DNA from: an uncultured Gammaproteobacteria bacterium
Lineage (GTDB): Bacteria; Patescibacteriota; Microgenomatia; Levybacterales; GWA1-39-11
DNA: 64,000 nt
Direction: 5' to 3'
NCBI GenBank assembly: GCA_964504535.1
Contig: CAZDED010000001.1
Coordinates: forward strand, 101,804-165,803
Position numbers and translations under genes: made by a program. Positions 20,471 through 30,536 of this stretch are shown here, piece by piece. The first letter of the stretch is position 1. Each line of letters starts with the position of its first letter. Under the pieces are notes generated by a model that had not been told where the DNA came from, searched no databases, and saw only the letters and a list, made by a program, of their open reading frames with translations.

Positions 20471-22819
20471 TCACCTAATAACAAGAGAATTGTTCTCGAC
20501 CGTTATTACCGCAGCCCCACCCTTCTGAAGGGTATTTGATAACAATAATTTTGACAACTGATTTTCGATTGTTTGCTCAATGAACCGTCTTACGTTTCTG
20601 GCACCAAATTCGGTGCTAAAAGAATTTTTAGCAATAAATTCAGTAACATCATCACTATATGTCAAAATGATTTGTTGCTCAGAGATTTTATCTATCGATT
20701 CCTGCAAGAATAACTTAGCAACAGAAACAGCATCTTTTTCTGAAAGCGGTCTAAATACAATTACATCATCAAATCTATTGATAAGCTCCGGTTTGTAGAC
20801 GCCTGATTGCTGAATTCTCTCAATAAGCTCTCTCTTAACATCCTCAACATTCACACCTTCTTTATATTTCTCTCTGATAAATTCGCTTCCGGCATTTGAA
20901 GTTGCAATGATAATGGCATTTTTAAATGAAACAACTCTTCCGAGATGGTCAGTCAGTCTTCCCTCATCCAAAACTTGCAAGAAAAGATCATGTACACCTT
21001 TTGATGCTTTTTCAAATTCATCCAGCAGTATCAATGAGAAGGGGTTATGTAATATTTTGTCGACTATGCCCTCTCCCAATAAGAGGTTAATAGCATCATC
21101 ATTTTGATACTCGCTCATGTCAAGCCGAATCATCGCACTTTCATCTCCGAAATACGATGAAGCAAGCGCTTTGGCTGTTTGTGTTTTTCCAACACCAGTT
21201 GGTCCTAAGAAAAGAAATGAAGCTATTGGTTTTCCTTCATTTTTCATACCACTCCGGACCCTTCTCATGGCATTAGAAATTGCAGAAACAGCTTCATCCT
21301 GGGAAATTACTCTTTTATGGATCATTGCCTCAAGTTCGAGTAGTTTTTCACTTTCTTGCGTGTCAGGCTTATCCAATAATAAATTTGTCTTCTCACCGAC
21401 AAAACTTCTGACTTCTTCTTCTGTAATTTCATTAACGCCATGAGTTTTGCAGTTAGCAATAACATCATCCAATAAGCGAATTGCCCGTCCTGGTAGAGCT
21501 GTTCCGTCGTTTTCGTATGAATCAGACAAACTAGATACCTCTTTCAGGCCGTTATATGAAATCGAAACATGATTTATTTTTTCTAAATCTTTAGATTTTT
21601 CCAGTATCATAAAAAGGGAAGTCTCAGGATCTGGTTCGGCTACCTCCACAACATCAAATAATTCCTTTACTTCTTGTTTTTGATAGATGAAAGTATTGAA
21701 TGCATCCTCGGTGGTACTGCCTATTATCTTGATTCTGCTACTTTTAAGATACTCAACCAATGATCCTGAAATATCCATATTTAGCCCTCCGCCCCCAAAA
21801 ATATTTTCAATATTAGGAATGTAAACAACAACATTCCCCGCATGCGTTAACTCAGAAAATAATTCAACAAAGCGCGCTTCCAGATCTCCTTGATTTTCGA
21901 TTCCAGCAAGAAGACGCTCAGAATAAAACTTAAAGACAATCTTGTTTGAAATATTTTTTGGGAGAACCCCCATATCTGAATCGAGGGCAAATTCTGCTAT
22001 CAATGCTGTCTTACCGACTCCCGCAGGTCCCACCAGAAGAACGTTACTTGAATGATTTTTTGAGAGCGCAGTAATTAATAAATCGTATTCTTTTTCGCGC
22101 CCGATTGGAGTTATAACTGTTTTTGAAAGTATTTCTCTCGTGAAATTGTATGCATATTGCAATAATTGTTGATTCCATCCAAACACAAAAAAGTCAAACG
22201 CACCACTGCCAGTAAATTTTAGATGATGCTGTTTTTTGCGATCAATACCGTACTGTTTTCTGACCCATGAGAGTATAGTTATAATATCTTTTTCATCGAT
22301 GCCTTTTTCAAACAAGGTCTTATTTTGACTATCGAGCAACAATAGATATGCTGCGTATACATCAACTCCATGAATGTATGAGCCCTCAACAGTGTGAACA
22401 AGTGCTGCTGCCTTCTGAAGCACATGTTCTTCAGATATATCTACTTCATTTTTTGCGTAAGAATACTGCAACAACTTATTAAAATATTTAACTTCACCCT
22501 CCCCCAGTAATTCTTTTATAACCTCTGCTACCGTTTTTTTTCTCTCCAAAATTGCACGTGTCTTAAAATCAGCGCATTCGATGACATGAAGAACGTTGTC
22601 TGAGATTTTTTTAGAAGGAATACTATTCTCGAGCTTAAAATGGATAAAGAATTCCTGAAGTATCAAAACGAAATACACCGGCAACAGATGCATAATAAAT
22701 GTCGGGTTCTTGAGATTGAAATAAACAATTACCCCAATTCCAAAAAAAATAAGGACACGTAACCACCGAATGACAGAATTGTCGAAAAAATAATAGAGAA
22801 AATAATAATTGTTTTTCAT
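20471..22819 (-). CDS. Membrane-anchored ClpA/B/C-like AAA+ ATPase with a degenerate first module
   Basis: Two N-terminal TM segments; GPAGVGKT and GPTGVGKT Walker A motifs; RLDMSEY, LLDEFEKA, PELINRFD, GAR..RR. ATG 22819 follows the upstream stop. Confidence 0.85.
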   Translation of the reverse strand: MKNNYYFLYYFFDNSVIRWLRVLIFFGIGVIVYFNLKNPTFIMHLLPVYFVLILQEFFIHFKLENSIPSKKISDNVLHVIECADFKTRAILERKKTVAEVIKELLGEGEVKYFNKLLQYSYAKNEVDISEEHVLQKAAALVHTVEGSYIHGVDVYAAYLLLLDSQNKTLFEKGIDEKDIITILSWVRKQYGIDRKKQHHLKFTGSGAFDFFVFGWNQQLLQYAYNFTREILSKTVITPIGREKEYDLLITALSKNHSSNVLLVGPAGVGKTALIAEFALDSDMGVLPKNISNKIVFKFYSERLLAGIENQGDLEARFVELFSELTHAGNVVVYIPNIENIFGGGGLNMDISGSLVEYLKSSRIKIIGSTTEDAFNTFIYQKQEVKELFDVVEVAEPDPETSLFMILEKSKDLEKINHVSISYNGLKEVSSLSDSYENDGTALPGRAIRLLDDVIANCKTHGVNEITEEEVRSFVGEKTNLLLDKPDTQESEKLLELEAMIHKRVISQDEAVSAISNAMRRVRSGMKNEGKPIASFLFLGPTGVGKTQTAKALASSYFGDESAMIRLDMSEYQNDDAINLLLGEGIVDKILHNPFSLILLDEFEKASKGVHDLFLQVLDEGRLTDHLGRVVSFKNAIIIATSNAGSEFIREKYKEGVNVEDVKRELIERIQQSGVYKPELINRFDDVIVFRPLSEKDAVSVAKLFLQESIDKISEQQIILTYSDDVTEFIAKNSFSTEFGARNVRRFIEQTIENQLSKLLLSNTLQKGGAAVITVENNSLVIR

Positions 22820-22821
22820 TG

Positions 22822-23160
22822 TTATGAACTCTTGTAAAAAATAAGGGCTATAAGTGCAACTGGTATCAATATCAAAAAGACTCCAATTAAAAATTCGATA
22901 AGCAAAAGAAAAATAACAACAAGGAGAGACACTGAGATAAGAACGGACTTGATACACATCCCAAAAATAATGGAAAACAAGACCAATCCTTGCCTATATT
23001 CATTCTTAAGAGGTTTGAAGAACGTTTTAATAAGAAGAGGAAGGGACAGTAAAGAAGCTACATACCGGTTCAGATCAATGAAGAAATTAAGCAATCCTCC
23101 GAGAACATCCCTATACCAAAAAGTAATTAAATAAAATGGGTAATAGATAAAGGCAAGCAT
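22822..23160 (-). CDS. Small membrane protein coupled to the membrane Clp ATPase
   Basis: Hydrophobic 112 aa ORF whose stop lies 2 nt before the Clp ATG. Confidence 0.75.
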   Translation of the reverse strand: MLAFIYYPFYLITFWYRDVLGGLLNFFIDLNRYVASLLSLPLLIKTFFKPLKNEYRQGLVLFSIIFGMCIKSVLISVSLLVVIFLLLIEFLIGVFLILIPVALIALIFYKSS

Positions 23161-23303
23161 TTATACATTTAGTTTACGGTAAGCTCGAATCATAAATCAA
23201 CAATAGGTCTTGTATGGTTGTTTGAGTCTTTGAAAATATTGTATGATTAGCTTATATAGACTCGAAACCAATCGAGTTATATGTGTTTGTCTAACTGCCC
23301 TAT

Positions 23304-24995
23304 ATGATTCTGTCCGATGATCAAATAAAGGCACTGGTTTTAAAAACCGGCCTTGCTACACAACAAAGCCTTCAAGAGCTCGTCGAGTTCTCAAAAAACT
23401 CCAACGTAACCCTTGCTGATGCTCTCATTGAGAAAGATGTGATTTCAGATGAAAATTTAGGAATTCTGATAGCCGATTTTCTCCATATTCCCTTCATTGT
23501 CCTTTCAAAACTCTCTATTCCTGAAGAAGTCTTTCATGTTGTTCCTGAAAAGATAGCTCGAAAGCAAAAAGTAATACCATTTGAAAAAAATAGTGAAGGA
23601 TTAAAAGTGGCAACGGTTGATCCACGTAACAGTGAGGTTCTTCAAGCAATCAGTAAAAAAACAGGACTAAAAGTGATCCCGTATCTGACTACTGAACGGG
23701 ACGTTGATAATATCTTGCGTATATATAAGAGGGATCTTCAAAAATCCTTTGAACAACTCCTACAAAAAGAGCTTGGCATTTCAGATATCTCAAAAGTAAC
23801 TGATGCTGCTCCAATTGAAAAGATTGTGAATCTTCTGGTAGAGTTTGGATACAGTGACAAAGTTTCTGATATCCATATCGAGCCTGAAGAAAAAGATTCT
23901 CTCGTTCGGTTCAGGATTGATGGTATATTACATGATGTTTTATATCTTCCTAAAAACTTCCATGAAAGAATTATTTCTCGTATCAAAATACTTTCAAAAC
24001 TTCGAACAGATGAGCATCTGAGCCCACAGGATGGAAAGATGCGTATTAAGCTCGATGAAGAAAATCTTGATATCCGCGTGTCTGTACTTCCAATTGCTGA
24101 TGGCGAGAAAGCAGTTCTTAGGCTTCTTGCTTCACACTTCAGGCAATTTTCCCTGATAGATCTTGGTATGAGTGAACCGGATCTGAAGAAAGTAACCAAT
24201 GCTTATAGCAAATCGTATGGCATGGTACTTTCGACCGGACCTACCGGAAGTGGTAAAACTACCTCTATCTACGCTATTTTAAAGATTCTTAACACTCGAG
24301 AAAAAAATATCACAACAATCGAAGACCCTGTTGAATACAGAATTAAAGGGGTCAATCAAATCAATGTAAACCAAAAAACCGACCTTACGTTTGCTAATGG
24401 GTTGCGATCTATTCTACGGCAGGATCCGAATGTTGTTTTTGTGGGAGAAATCCGAGATGGAGAGACGGCTGGCATTGCAGTGAATGCTGCTTTGACTGGT
24501 CATTTAGTTCTCTCGACACTTCACACGAATGATGCAGCAACAGCACTCCCACGACTTATTGATATGAAGGTTGAGCCTTTTCTTGTCGCTTCAACCGTAA
24601 ATGTCATCATTGCACAACGTCTGATAAGAAAGATTTGTGATATGTGCAAAATGTCTTATGACATATTAAGAACTGATCTTGCTAAAAACTTACCACCTAC
24701 CATTATTTCAAAACACTTTGGAGACAGGGAAAATATTAAACTATATAAAGGAAAGGGTTGTAAAATTTGCCACTCGACGGGATATTCGGGTCGACTTGGG
24801 GTATTTGAGGTGTTGGAAGTGACAAAAGACATAAAAGAATTGATTACAGCAAAAAATGATTCTGACATCATTACAAAAAAAGCAGTAGAAGAAGGAATGA
24901 CCACTATGTTAAATGATGGACTGATAAAGGTATCAAAAGGAATTACAACTCTTGAAGAGGTTTTACGAGTAACGAGAGTAGAAACGTCATCATGA
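23304..24995 (+). CDS. pilB: Type IV pilus assembly ATPase (PilB/GspE)
   Basis: SDIHIEP, GPTGSGKTT, TIEDPVEY, LRQDP..GEIRD, TGHLVLSTLH and two CxxC motifs. Confidence 0.95.
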   Translation: MILSDDQIKALVLKTGLATQQSLQELVEFSKNSNVTLADALIEKDVISDENLGILIADFLHIPFIVLSKLSIPEEVFHVVPEKIARKQKVIPFEKNSEGLKVATVDPRNSEVLQAISKKTGLKVIPYLTTERDVDNILRIYKRDLQKSFEQLLQKELGISDISKVTDAAPIEKIVNLLVEFGYSDKVSDIHIEPEEKDSLVRFRIDGILHDVLYLPKNFHERIISRIKILSKLRTDEHLSPQDGKMRIKLDEENLDIRVSVLPIADGEKAVLRLLASHFRQFSLIDLGMSEPDLKKVTNAYSKSYGMVLSTGPTGSGKTTSIYAILKILNTREKNITTIEDPVEYRIKGVNQINVNQKTDLTFANGLRSILRQDPNVVFVGEIRDGETAGIAVNAALTGHLVLSTLHTNDAATALPRLIDMKVEPFLVASTVNVIIAQRLIRKICDMCKMSYDILRTDLAKNLPPTIISKHFGDRENIKLYKGKGCKICHSTGYSGRLGVFEVLEVTKDIKELITAKNDSDIITKKAVEEGMTTMLNDGLIKVSKGITTLEEVLRVTRVETSS

Positions 24996-26065
24996 TGGAA
25001 TTATTTAACAGCAACAATCCAAAGTCATTGAGGATCTCAACAGCTGAGAAACTTGGCTTGATTAGTAATCTCGCAACAATGCTTTCTGCCGGCATCTCAA
25101 TTCTTGAAGTGGTTGACTCACTTCTTGAAGACGCAAAAGGTAACCAAAAAAAACTGCTTGATTCTTTAAAAGCAGATCTTGCTCAAGGAAATCATGTATC
25201 AGATGCGTTGGCAAAATTTCCGAAGATATTTGATAAAATCACGGTCAATCTTATCAAGGCATCCGAGGAAGCAGGAACCCTTGACGTAACACTGGTAGAC
25301 CTAAAATCTTCGATCAAAAAAGACGCAGAATTCATGGACAAAATTAAAGGTGCCTTAACCTATCCGGTTCTTATCCTTTTTGTCTTTGTGGGGGTGCTTG
25401 TTATGATTTTAATTGTTGTTATCCCTAAAATTTCCAGTGTTTTCCTTCGACTCAACGTTGACCTACCACTTCCAACACAAATACTCATCGGGATGTCGCA
25501 GGTCTTAACACAATACACGATATTTGTCTTTCTCGGGCTAGCAGTCATAGGAATTGGTGGTTTTCTTTTCTATCGGGAGAAAAAAAGAACATTTCTGCAC
25601 TTTCTTTTCATGCTCCCGCTTGTATCTACCCTCTCTCAGCAGATAGATCTAACACGGTTCTCAAGGAGTCTATATTTATTACTGAATGCCGGAATTCCTA
25701 TTGCTGCTGCTCTTGAGCTTGCCCAGGAAGTTGTTCTTAAAAAAGAAGTCAGTGACGCGATTGGTCACTGTAAAGATGTTGTTTTGGCGGGTAGTGAGTT
25801 GTCAGACGGCCTGAAAAATGCAAAAAATATTTTTCCAAATATCATGATAAAAATCACCGAAGCTGGGGAAAAAAGCGGATCGTTGGATAAATCGATGCAG
25901 GATGTTTCCGAATACCTAGACTACCAAGTTGAAAACACATTAAAGACACTAACAACACTTCTTGAACCTCTCATGCTTATTTTTGTAGGAGTACTTGTGG
26001 GTGGAATGATGCTTTCAATAATAGCACCTATATACGGACTGATTGGACAAGTAAGTTCTCACTAG
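24992..26065 (+). CDS. pilC: Type IV pilus platform protein (PilC/GspF)
   Basis: L.TMLSAGI, ALTYP, GEKSGSLD and LLEP motifs; ATGA overlap with pilB. Confidence 0.93.
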   Translation: MMELFNSNNPKSLRISTAEKLGLISNLATMLSAGISILEVVDSLLEDAKGNQKKLLDSLKADLAQGNHVSDALAKFPKIFDKITVNLIKASEEAGTLDVTLVDLKSSIKKDAEFMDKIKGALTYPVLILFVFVGVLVMILIVVIPKISSVFLRLNVDLPLPTQILIGMSQVLTQYTIFVFLGLAVIGIGGFLFYREKKRTFLHFLFMLPLVSTLSQQIDLTRFSRSLYLLLNAGIPIAAALELAQEVVLKKEVSDAIGHCKDVVLAGSELSDGLKNAKNIFPNIMIKITEAGEKSGSLDKSMQDVSEYLDYQVENTLKTLTTLLEPLMLIFVGVLVGGMMLSIIAPIYGLIGQVSSH

Positions 26066-26066
26066 C

Positions 26067-26636
26067 ATGCATCATCTAATAGAAAATAGACAGAAGGCAA
26101 TAGACAGAAGTACTGGAAACAAAAAAAATAATCTAATGTCTAATGTCTTTTTTCTAATGTCTTCTAACCGTGGCCTGACATTAATAGAGCTGCTTCTTGT
26201 TATAGGAATTCTTTCTATTCTTTTTGCGATAGGCATCGTTAGTCTTACCAATATCAGAGTTATTTCCGGTAACAATAGTGCAAGTGTTGTCCTAATTTCT
26301 GACCTCAAAACTCAACAAATAAAGGCAATGACCGGAGATACTGAAGGGCGTGGGGTTCCTGATAATTATGGTGTCAAAATCCTATCAAATAGATATATTC
26401 TGTTTCATGGAATTACATATAACCCACTAGACACATCAAATTTTTCAGTACCGGTAGACAATGGATATATACTGAGTACAACATTCCCCAACAGTACAAT
26501 ACTCTTTGCGTCAGAAAGTGGTCAGTTGGTCGGATTTGTTCCTAACCAAAATACAATCGCTCTAACAAGCACACCGTCTGGGCAAGTCAAAACCATCCAA
26601 TTCAATGCTTATGGAACAGTTACAAATATTAATTAA
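26067..26636 (+). CDS. Minor type IV pilin
   Basis: Prepilin motif RG|LTLIELLLVIGI. The start could be 26067 or an internal ATG. Confidence 0.85.
   Translation: MHHLIENRQKAIDRSTGNKKNNLMSNVFFLMSSNRGLTLIELLLVIGILSILFAIGIVSLTNIRVISGNNSASVVLISDLKTQQIKAMTGDTEGRGVPDNYGVKILSNRYILFHGITYNPLDTSNFSVPVDNGYILSTTFPNSTILFASESGQLVGFVPNQNTIALTSTPSGQVKTIQFNAYGTVTNIN
26080..26166. repeat. 7-nt-period inverted repeat pair within a prepilin leader
   Basis: tagaaaa/tagacag/aaggcaa/tagacag followed by tctaatg/tctaatg/tcttttt/tctaatg. Confidence 0.75.
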
Positions 26637-29586
26637 CAGTATTAAGAATCGACAGGAAGGACAACTTCTGATTGAGATTATCCTTGCTATCGCGATAACG
26701 GCAATCATGCTCCCCGCGCTTTTGACCGGACTTTTTTCATCAAAACAAGGAAAGGCGCAACAAGGGCAAAGGGTTCAAGCTGTTGCTCTTATGAAAGAGG
26801 CAGAGGAAGTAGTAAGAAATGTTCGAGAACAGGGGTGGACACTTTTCTCTGTCAATGGTACGTATCATCCGTTAATTTCGGGGACTACGTGGTCGTTTGC
26901 ATCCGGAAGTGAAAACGTTAATGGATTGACAAGAACAATAACGGTAAGCGATGTGTATCGGGATAGTAATGGGGTAGTTGTAACAAGCGGAGGAAGCCTA
27001 GATCCATCAACGAAAAAAGTTTACATACAAATAACATGGGGACAACCGTATGCTTCTTCGGTTGATTCTACTATTTATGTAACCCGATATTTGCAAAATA
27101 ATGCGTCAACCCAAACAAGTATCGCGGATTTTAATGCCGGCACAACTATCGATACTGCCGTTACCAATACGTCAGGAGGAGAGATAACGCTTGCACCAAA
27201 TACAAAAGGTAAATGGTGTTCTCCGAGTTTTTCAAGTGCAACCATTACTCTTCCCGATGGACCCCCTGTTGCAGTTGCGGCAACAGCAAGCGCTTCCTCA
27301 ATATCCACGCCAAACGATGTCTTTGTGGCAACCTCACCGACAACTACGAACACCTACAAGCTCGCCCATATAAAAGTGCCAGCAGATATTGATCCTCCGG
27401 TTCCTACACTTCGTGGCACTTTCACCCTTAACGCAGCAAGTTATAGTAACGCATCCCTTGTTCCAGTCAGCCCAGGGATTGATAACAGCTTCATCACAAA
27501 TGCTGTTAAATACTACAAATCATCTAGCGGTAAATTGTATGCGCTTCTTGCAACAACCAAACCTGATCGTGAAGTCATAGCAATACTTGTTGACGATGGA
27601 ATTACCGGCAACGATAACACAAATAATGGAGAGTATCAGGATTATATAAATAAGATCTATAAATATTGGACTTTTTTCGACACAAAGATTTACGGAACAG
27701 CTTCGGGACTTGATACTGGATTTTTGAGTCCGACCGCAAATGCCGCAGACACTGGTGGGGATGGAAATGGTTTTGAATCAAACCCAACTAGGGCGTATTC
27801 GTCTAACTCTTCGTATGCTACTGACTCCAATAGTGGCAATGGCAATGGGACAAACTGCACGGGATCTGATAAAGACAAACATAGGTTCTATAATTACGGG
27901 ATCTCTTTGCCATCCGGCGGGACTATTGATGGAATAGAAATACGACTGGATGGTAGAGCTGACAGTACTACCGGAAGTCCTAAATTTTGCGTACAACTAT
28001 CATGGGACGGTGGCACAACCTGGACAAGTGCAAAATCTTCAAACAATTTAACTACTAATAATGCAACATATACGCTTGGTGGATCGTCAGATACCTGGGG
28101 AAGAACCTGGACGGATAGCGATATGAATGATACAAATTTCCGAGTACGGATAATTGATGTCTCAAGCTCTACCCGTACGTTTTCCCTTGATTGGATTGCA
28201 ACAAAAGTATATTTCAGTGGGGGCACCCTCACGACATCTGATCAAGCACCCTATGGAGCGGGGGCATCATCCATAGCGGTTCTTGACGACAGAGGATATG
28301 TTACCTCTGGTGGATTCTTATATGCCTTTGACCTGAGCAATATCGACAATAAAAGTCAAAGCAGTGGCCTTGATATGATTGGGTGCAGAATAGAACTTGA
28401 CGGTGATGACTGTAACGCCTCAACAAGCAGAATTAGAAAATATGCTGCAGGAAATACTGGCACTAATTGGGGAAGTGAATCTGCAGGACAAACCGCTTGT
28501 GTTGACGGTGGAAATACGCAAATTTATGCAGAAAATGACATCTATCCGGTCAGAGTTGGTAACAATATATATGTGTATGCAGCGGTTGGCGCAGGAACTG
28601 ATCCAGAGCTTGATATAGCAAATGTAAGCACCCCTCCAACGGGGGCTTCGAGTCCTTCGATTACAGCAAGTACTTGTGGAACAATAGCAAGCGGAAATGC
28701 TTCATGGAAAAGAGGAGGATCTTTGGATTTCAATTCAGCGAGCAACACGCAAGAAACTGCTAACTCGGTGTTTGCCAGCCCTGATGGGACACGTGCATAT
28801 ATCTCATCCAACGGTACAGTGGACGCCAATAGTGATGGGATTCCGGACAGTTGGCAGTTTTATATAATAAATACAACTTCAAAAACAGCTCCTGCTTTTC
28901 TCTCAGGAACTCCCGCAACCGGAGCCACAAGCGGATACTATTATGGATCGGGTGCTAATGCAGAATTATATCCAAGAAGATCACTTACCGTATTTAATGG
29001 CTCTCGTGCGATTGTTGTCGGGAAAGATGGACTGACAAATGGCAATAATGCTGCCGAATATCAAGTGGTAAATATTACGAATGAGTCTTCACCTTCTTTC
29101 TGTGGAAGTCTTGATTTCAACCAAGGGTTTAGTGATTTAGCATCAGTAACTGAAGCTGATAATGATAAATTTGCTTATCTTGTTTCAAATACCGGGGTGA
29201 ACGAGCTAAAGATTATTCAGGGAGGACCGGATGGAACATATCTTGACACCGGAACATATGAATCTAGTCCTCTCGATCTTGGGGCGAGCGTACAGCTAAA
29301 TAGGCTTACTTCAAATGCCACAGTCTCTGCCAGTACAACACTGCAGTATAGAGTTGCAGCCACAATACCGGTAAATGGTTCGTGTGCAAATGCAACCTAC
29401 ACATACGTAGGACCCGATGGGACAGCAGGAACATTCTTTCCTGCAACCGGAGGAGCTATTCCATTGAGTGGTATTACAGGTTTTCAAAATCCAGCACAAT
29501 GCGTGAGATACAAGGCGTATCTTTCAACAACAGATTTTAACGTAACGCCAACTCTTTTAGATGCTTCAATCAATTATTCACCATGA
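26605..29586 (+). CDS. Giant pilin-like protein (993 aa), probable pilus adhesin
   Basis: EG|QLLIEIILAIAI prepilin motif, pilin head, then about 800 aa of beta-rich Gly/Ser/Thr/Asn sequence with several Cys. Confidence 0.8.
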   Translation: MLMEQLQILINSIKNRQEGQLLIEIILAIAITAIMLPALLTGLFSSKQGKAQQGQRVQAVALMKEAEEVVRNVREQGWTLFSVNGTYHPLISGTTWSFASGSENVNGLTRTITVSDVYRDSNGVVVTSGGSLDPSTKKVYIQITWGQPYASSVDSTIYVTRYLQNNASTQTSIADFNAGTTIDTAVTNTSGGEITLAPNTKGKWCSPSFSSATITLPDGPPVAVAATASASSISTPNDVFVATSPTTTNTYKLAHIKVPADIDPPVPTLRGTFTLNAASYSNASLVPVSPGIDNSFITNAVKYYKSSSGKLYALLATTKPDREVIAILVDDGITGNDNTNNGEYQDYINKIYKYWTFFDTKIYGTASGLDTGFLSPTANAADTGGDGNGFESNPTRAYSSNSSYATDSNSGNGNGTNCTGSDKDKHRFYNYGISLPSGGTIDGIEIRLDGRADSTTGSPKFCVQLSWDGGTTWTSAKSSNNLTTNNATYTLGGSSDTWGRTWTDSDMNDTNFRVRIIDVSSSTRTFSLDWIATKVYFSGGTLTTSDQAPYGAGASSIAVLDDRGYVTSGGFLYAFDLSNIDNKSQSSGLDMIGCRIELDGDDCNASTSRIRKYAAGNTGTNWGSESAGQTACVDGGNTQIYAENDIYPVRVGNNIYVYAAVGAGTDPELDIANVSTPPTGASSPSITASTCGTIASGNASWKRGGSLDFNSASNTQETANSVFASPDGTRAYISSNGTVDANSDGIPDSWQFYIINTTSKTAPAFLSGTPATGATSGYYYGSGANAELYPRRSLTVFNGSRAIVVGKDGLTNGNNAAEYQVVNITNESSPSFCGSLDFNQGFSDLASVTEADNDKFAYLVSNTGVNELKIIQGGPDGTYLDTGTYESSPLDLGASVQLNRLTSNATVSASTTLQYRVAATIPVNGSCANATYTYVGPDGTAGTFFPATGGAIPLSGITGFQNPAQCVRYKAYLSTTDFNVTPTLLDASINYSP

Positions 29587-30155
29587 TTTTTTTTAAACAA
29601 AAAATAATAGTTATTAGTCAAAAGTTATTAGTTATTAAAAAAAAACTACCAGCTACTAACTACCAGCTACTAACTTCTAAACGTGGGTTCACTCTCGTCG
29701 AACTCCTTATTTACATGGGGCTTCTAACAGTTTTGATTCTAATATTTACTGACATATTCACTTCAATAATTGATAATCAATTAAGCTCAAGAAACACATC
29801 AAATGTTGCTGATGATGGACGCTATATTTACTCACGATTCATCTATGATGTAGGGCGGGCACAAGCAATTACACAGCCTTCAACCTATGGCAGTTCTTCT
29901 GCAGTACTTGATCTTACAATCGGTGGACAAAACTATAGTTACTCTCTTCTAAATAATAATCTTGTTGTGACAAGCCCGGCAGGGGCATATGCCCTTAATG
30001 GGTATGGGTCATCAATATCGGGATTACTATTCACCAAGGTAGGGACAACAAGCGCAAAAAGCACTGTTCAGATTAATTTCACAGTAAAGGGGGTCGTGAC
30101 AAGCAGGGGAATAAAAGATCAACAGATATTCCAAACTACAGCCGGACTACGATGA
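29583..30155 (+). CDS. Minor type IV pilin (PilW/GspJ-like)
   Basis: RG|FTLVELLIYMG motif; ATGA overlap with the upstream gene. Confidence 0.88.
   Translation: MIFFKQKIIVISQKLLVIKKKLPATNYQLLTSKRGFTLVELLIYMGLLTVLILIFTDIFTSIIDNQLSSRNTSNVADDGRYIYSRFIYDVGRAQAITQPSTYGSSSAVLDLTIGGQNYSYSLLNNNLVVTSPAGAYALNGYGSSISGLLFTKVGTTSAKSTVQINFTVKGVVTSRGIKDQQIFQTTAGLR
29608..29678. repeat. 7-nt-period inverted repeat pair within a prepilin leader
   Basis: tagttat/tagtcaa/aagttat/tagttat followed by aactacc/agctact/aactacc/agctact/aacttct. Confidence 0.78.
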
Positions 30156-30535
30156 AAATATCACCTACAAATCAACAAGGACAAACACTAATTATTCTTC
30201 TCATTTATATGGTTATTGCTATTATCGTAACAACCGCTTCAATTGCCCTTGTAATCAATAGCTCTCGAGGTACAGATAAATTATACCAAGGCGCAAATTC
30301 TTTAGATATTGCAGAAAGTGGAGCCGAAACTGCTATGATTAAATTATTAAGAGATCCCAACTACATTGGCGAGACAGTGACAGTCGGAAATGGACAAGCG
30401 GTAATAACGGTAAATGGCACCAATCCTAAAATAGTAGTCTCAAAAGGAACTCTTAATAACTTTACGAGAACAATTCAAGTGATTGTTGATACAAGTAATA
30501 ATGTGTTAACAGCTACATCCTGGAAAGAAATCTGA
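30152..30535 (+). CDS. PilX/GspK-like minor pilin
   Basis: QG|QTLIILL (no Glu5) and AESGAE.A...LLR motifs. Confidence 0.8.
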   Translation: MKISPTNQQGQTLIILLIYMVIAIIVTTASIALVINSSRGTDKLYQGANSLDIAESGAETAMIKLLRDPNYIGETVTVGNGQAVITVNGTNPKIVVSKGTLNNFTRTIQVIVDTSNNVLTATSWKEI

Positions 30536-30536
30536 T

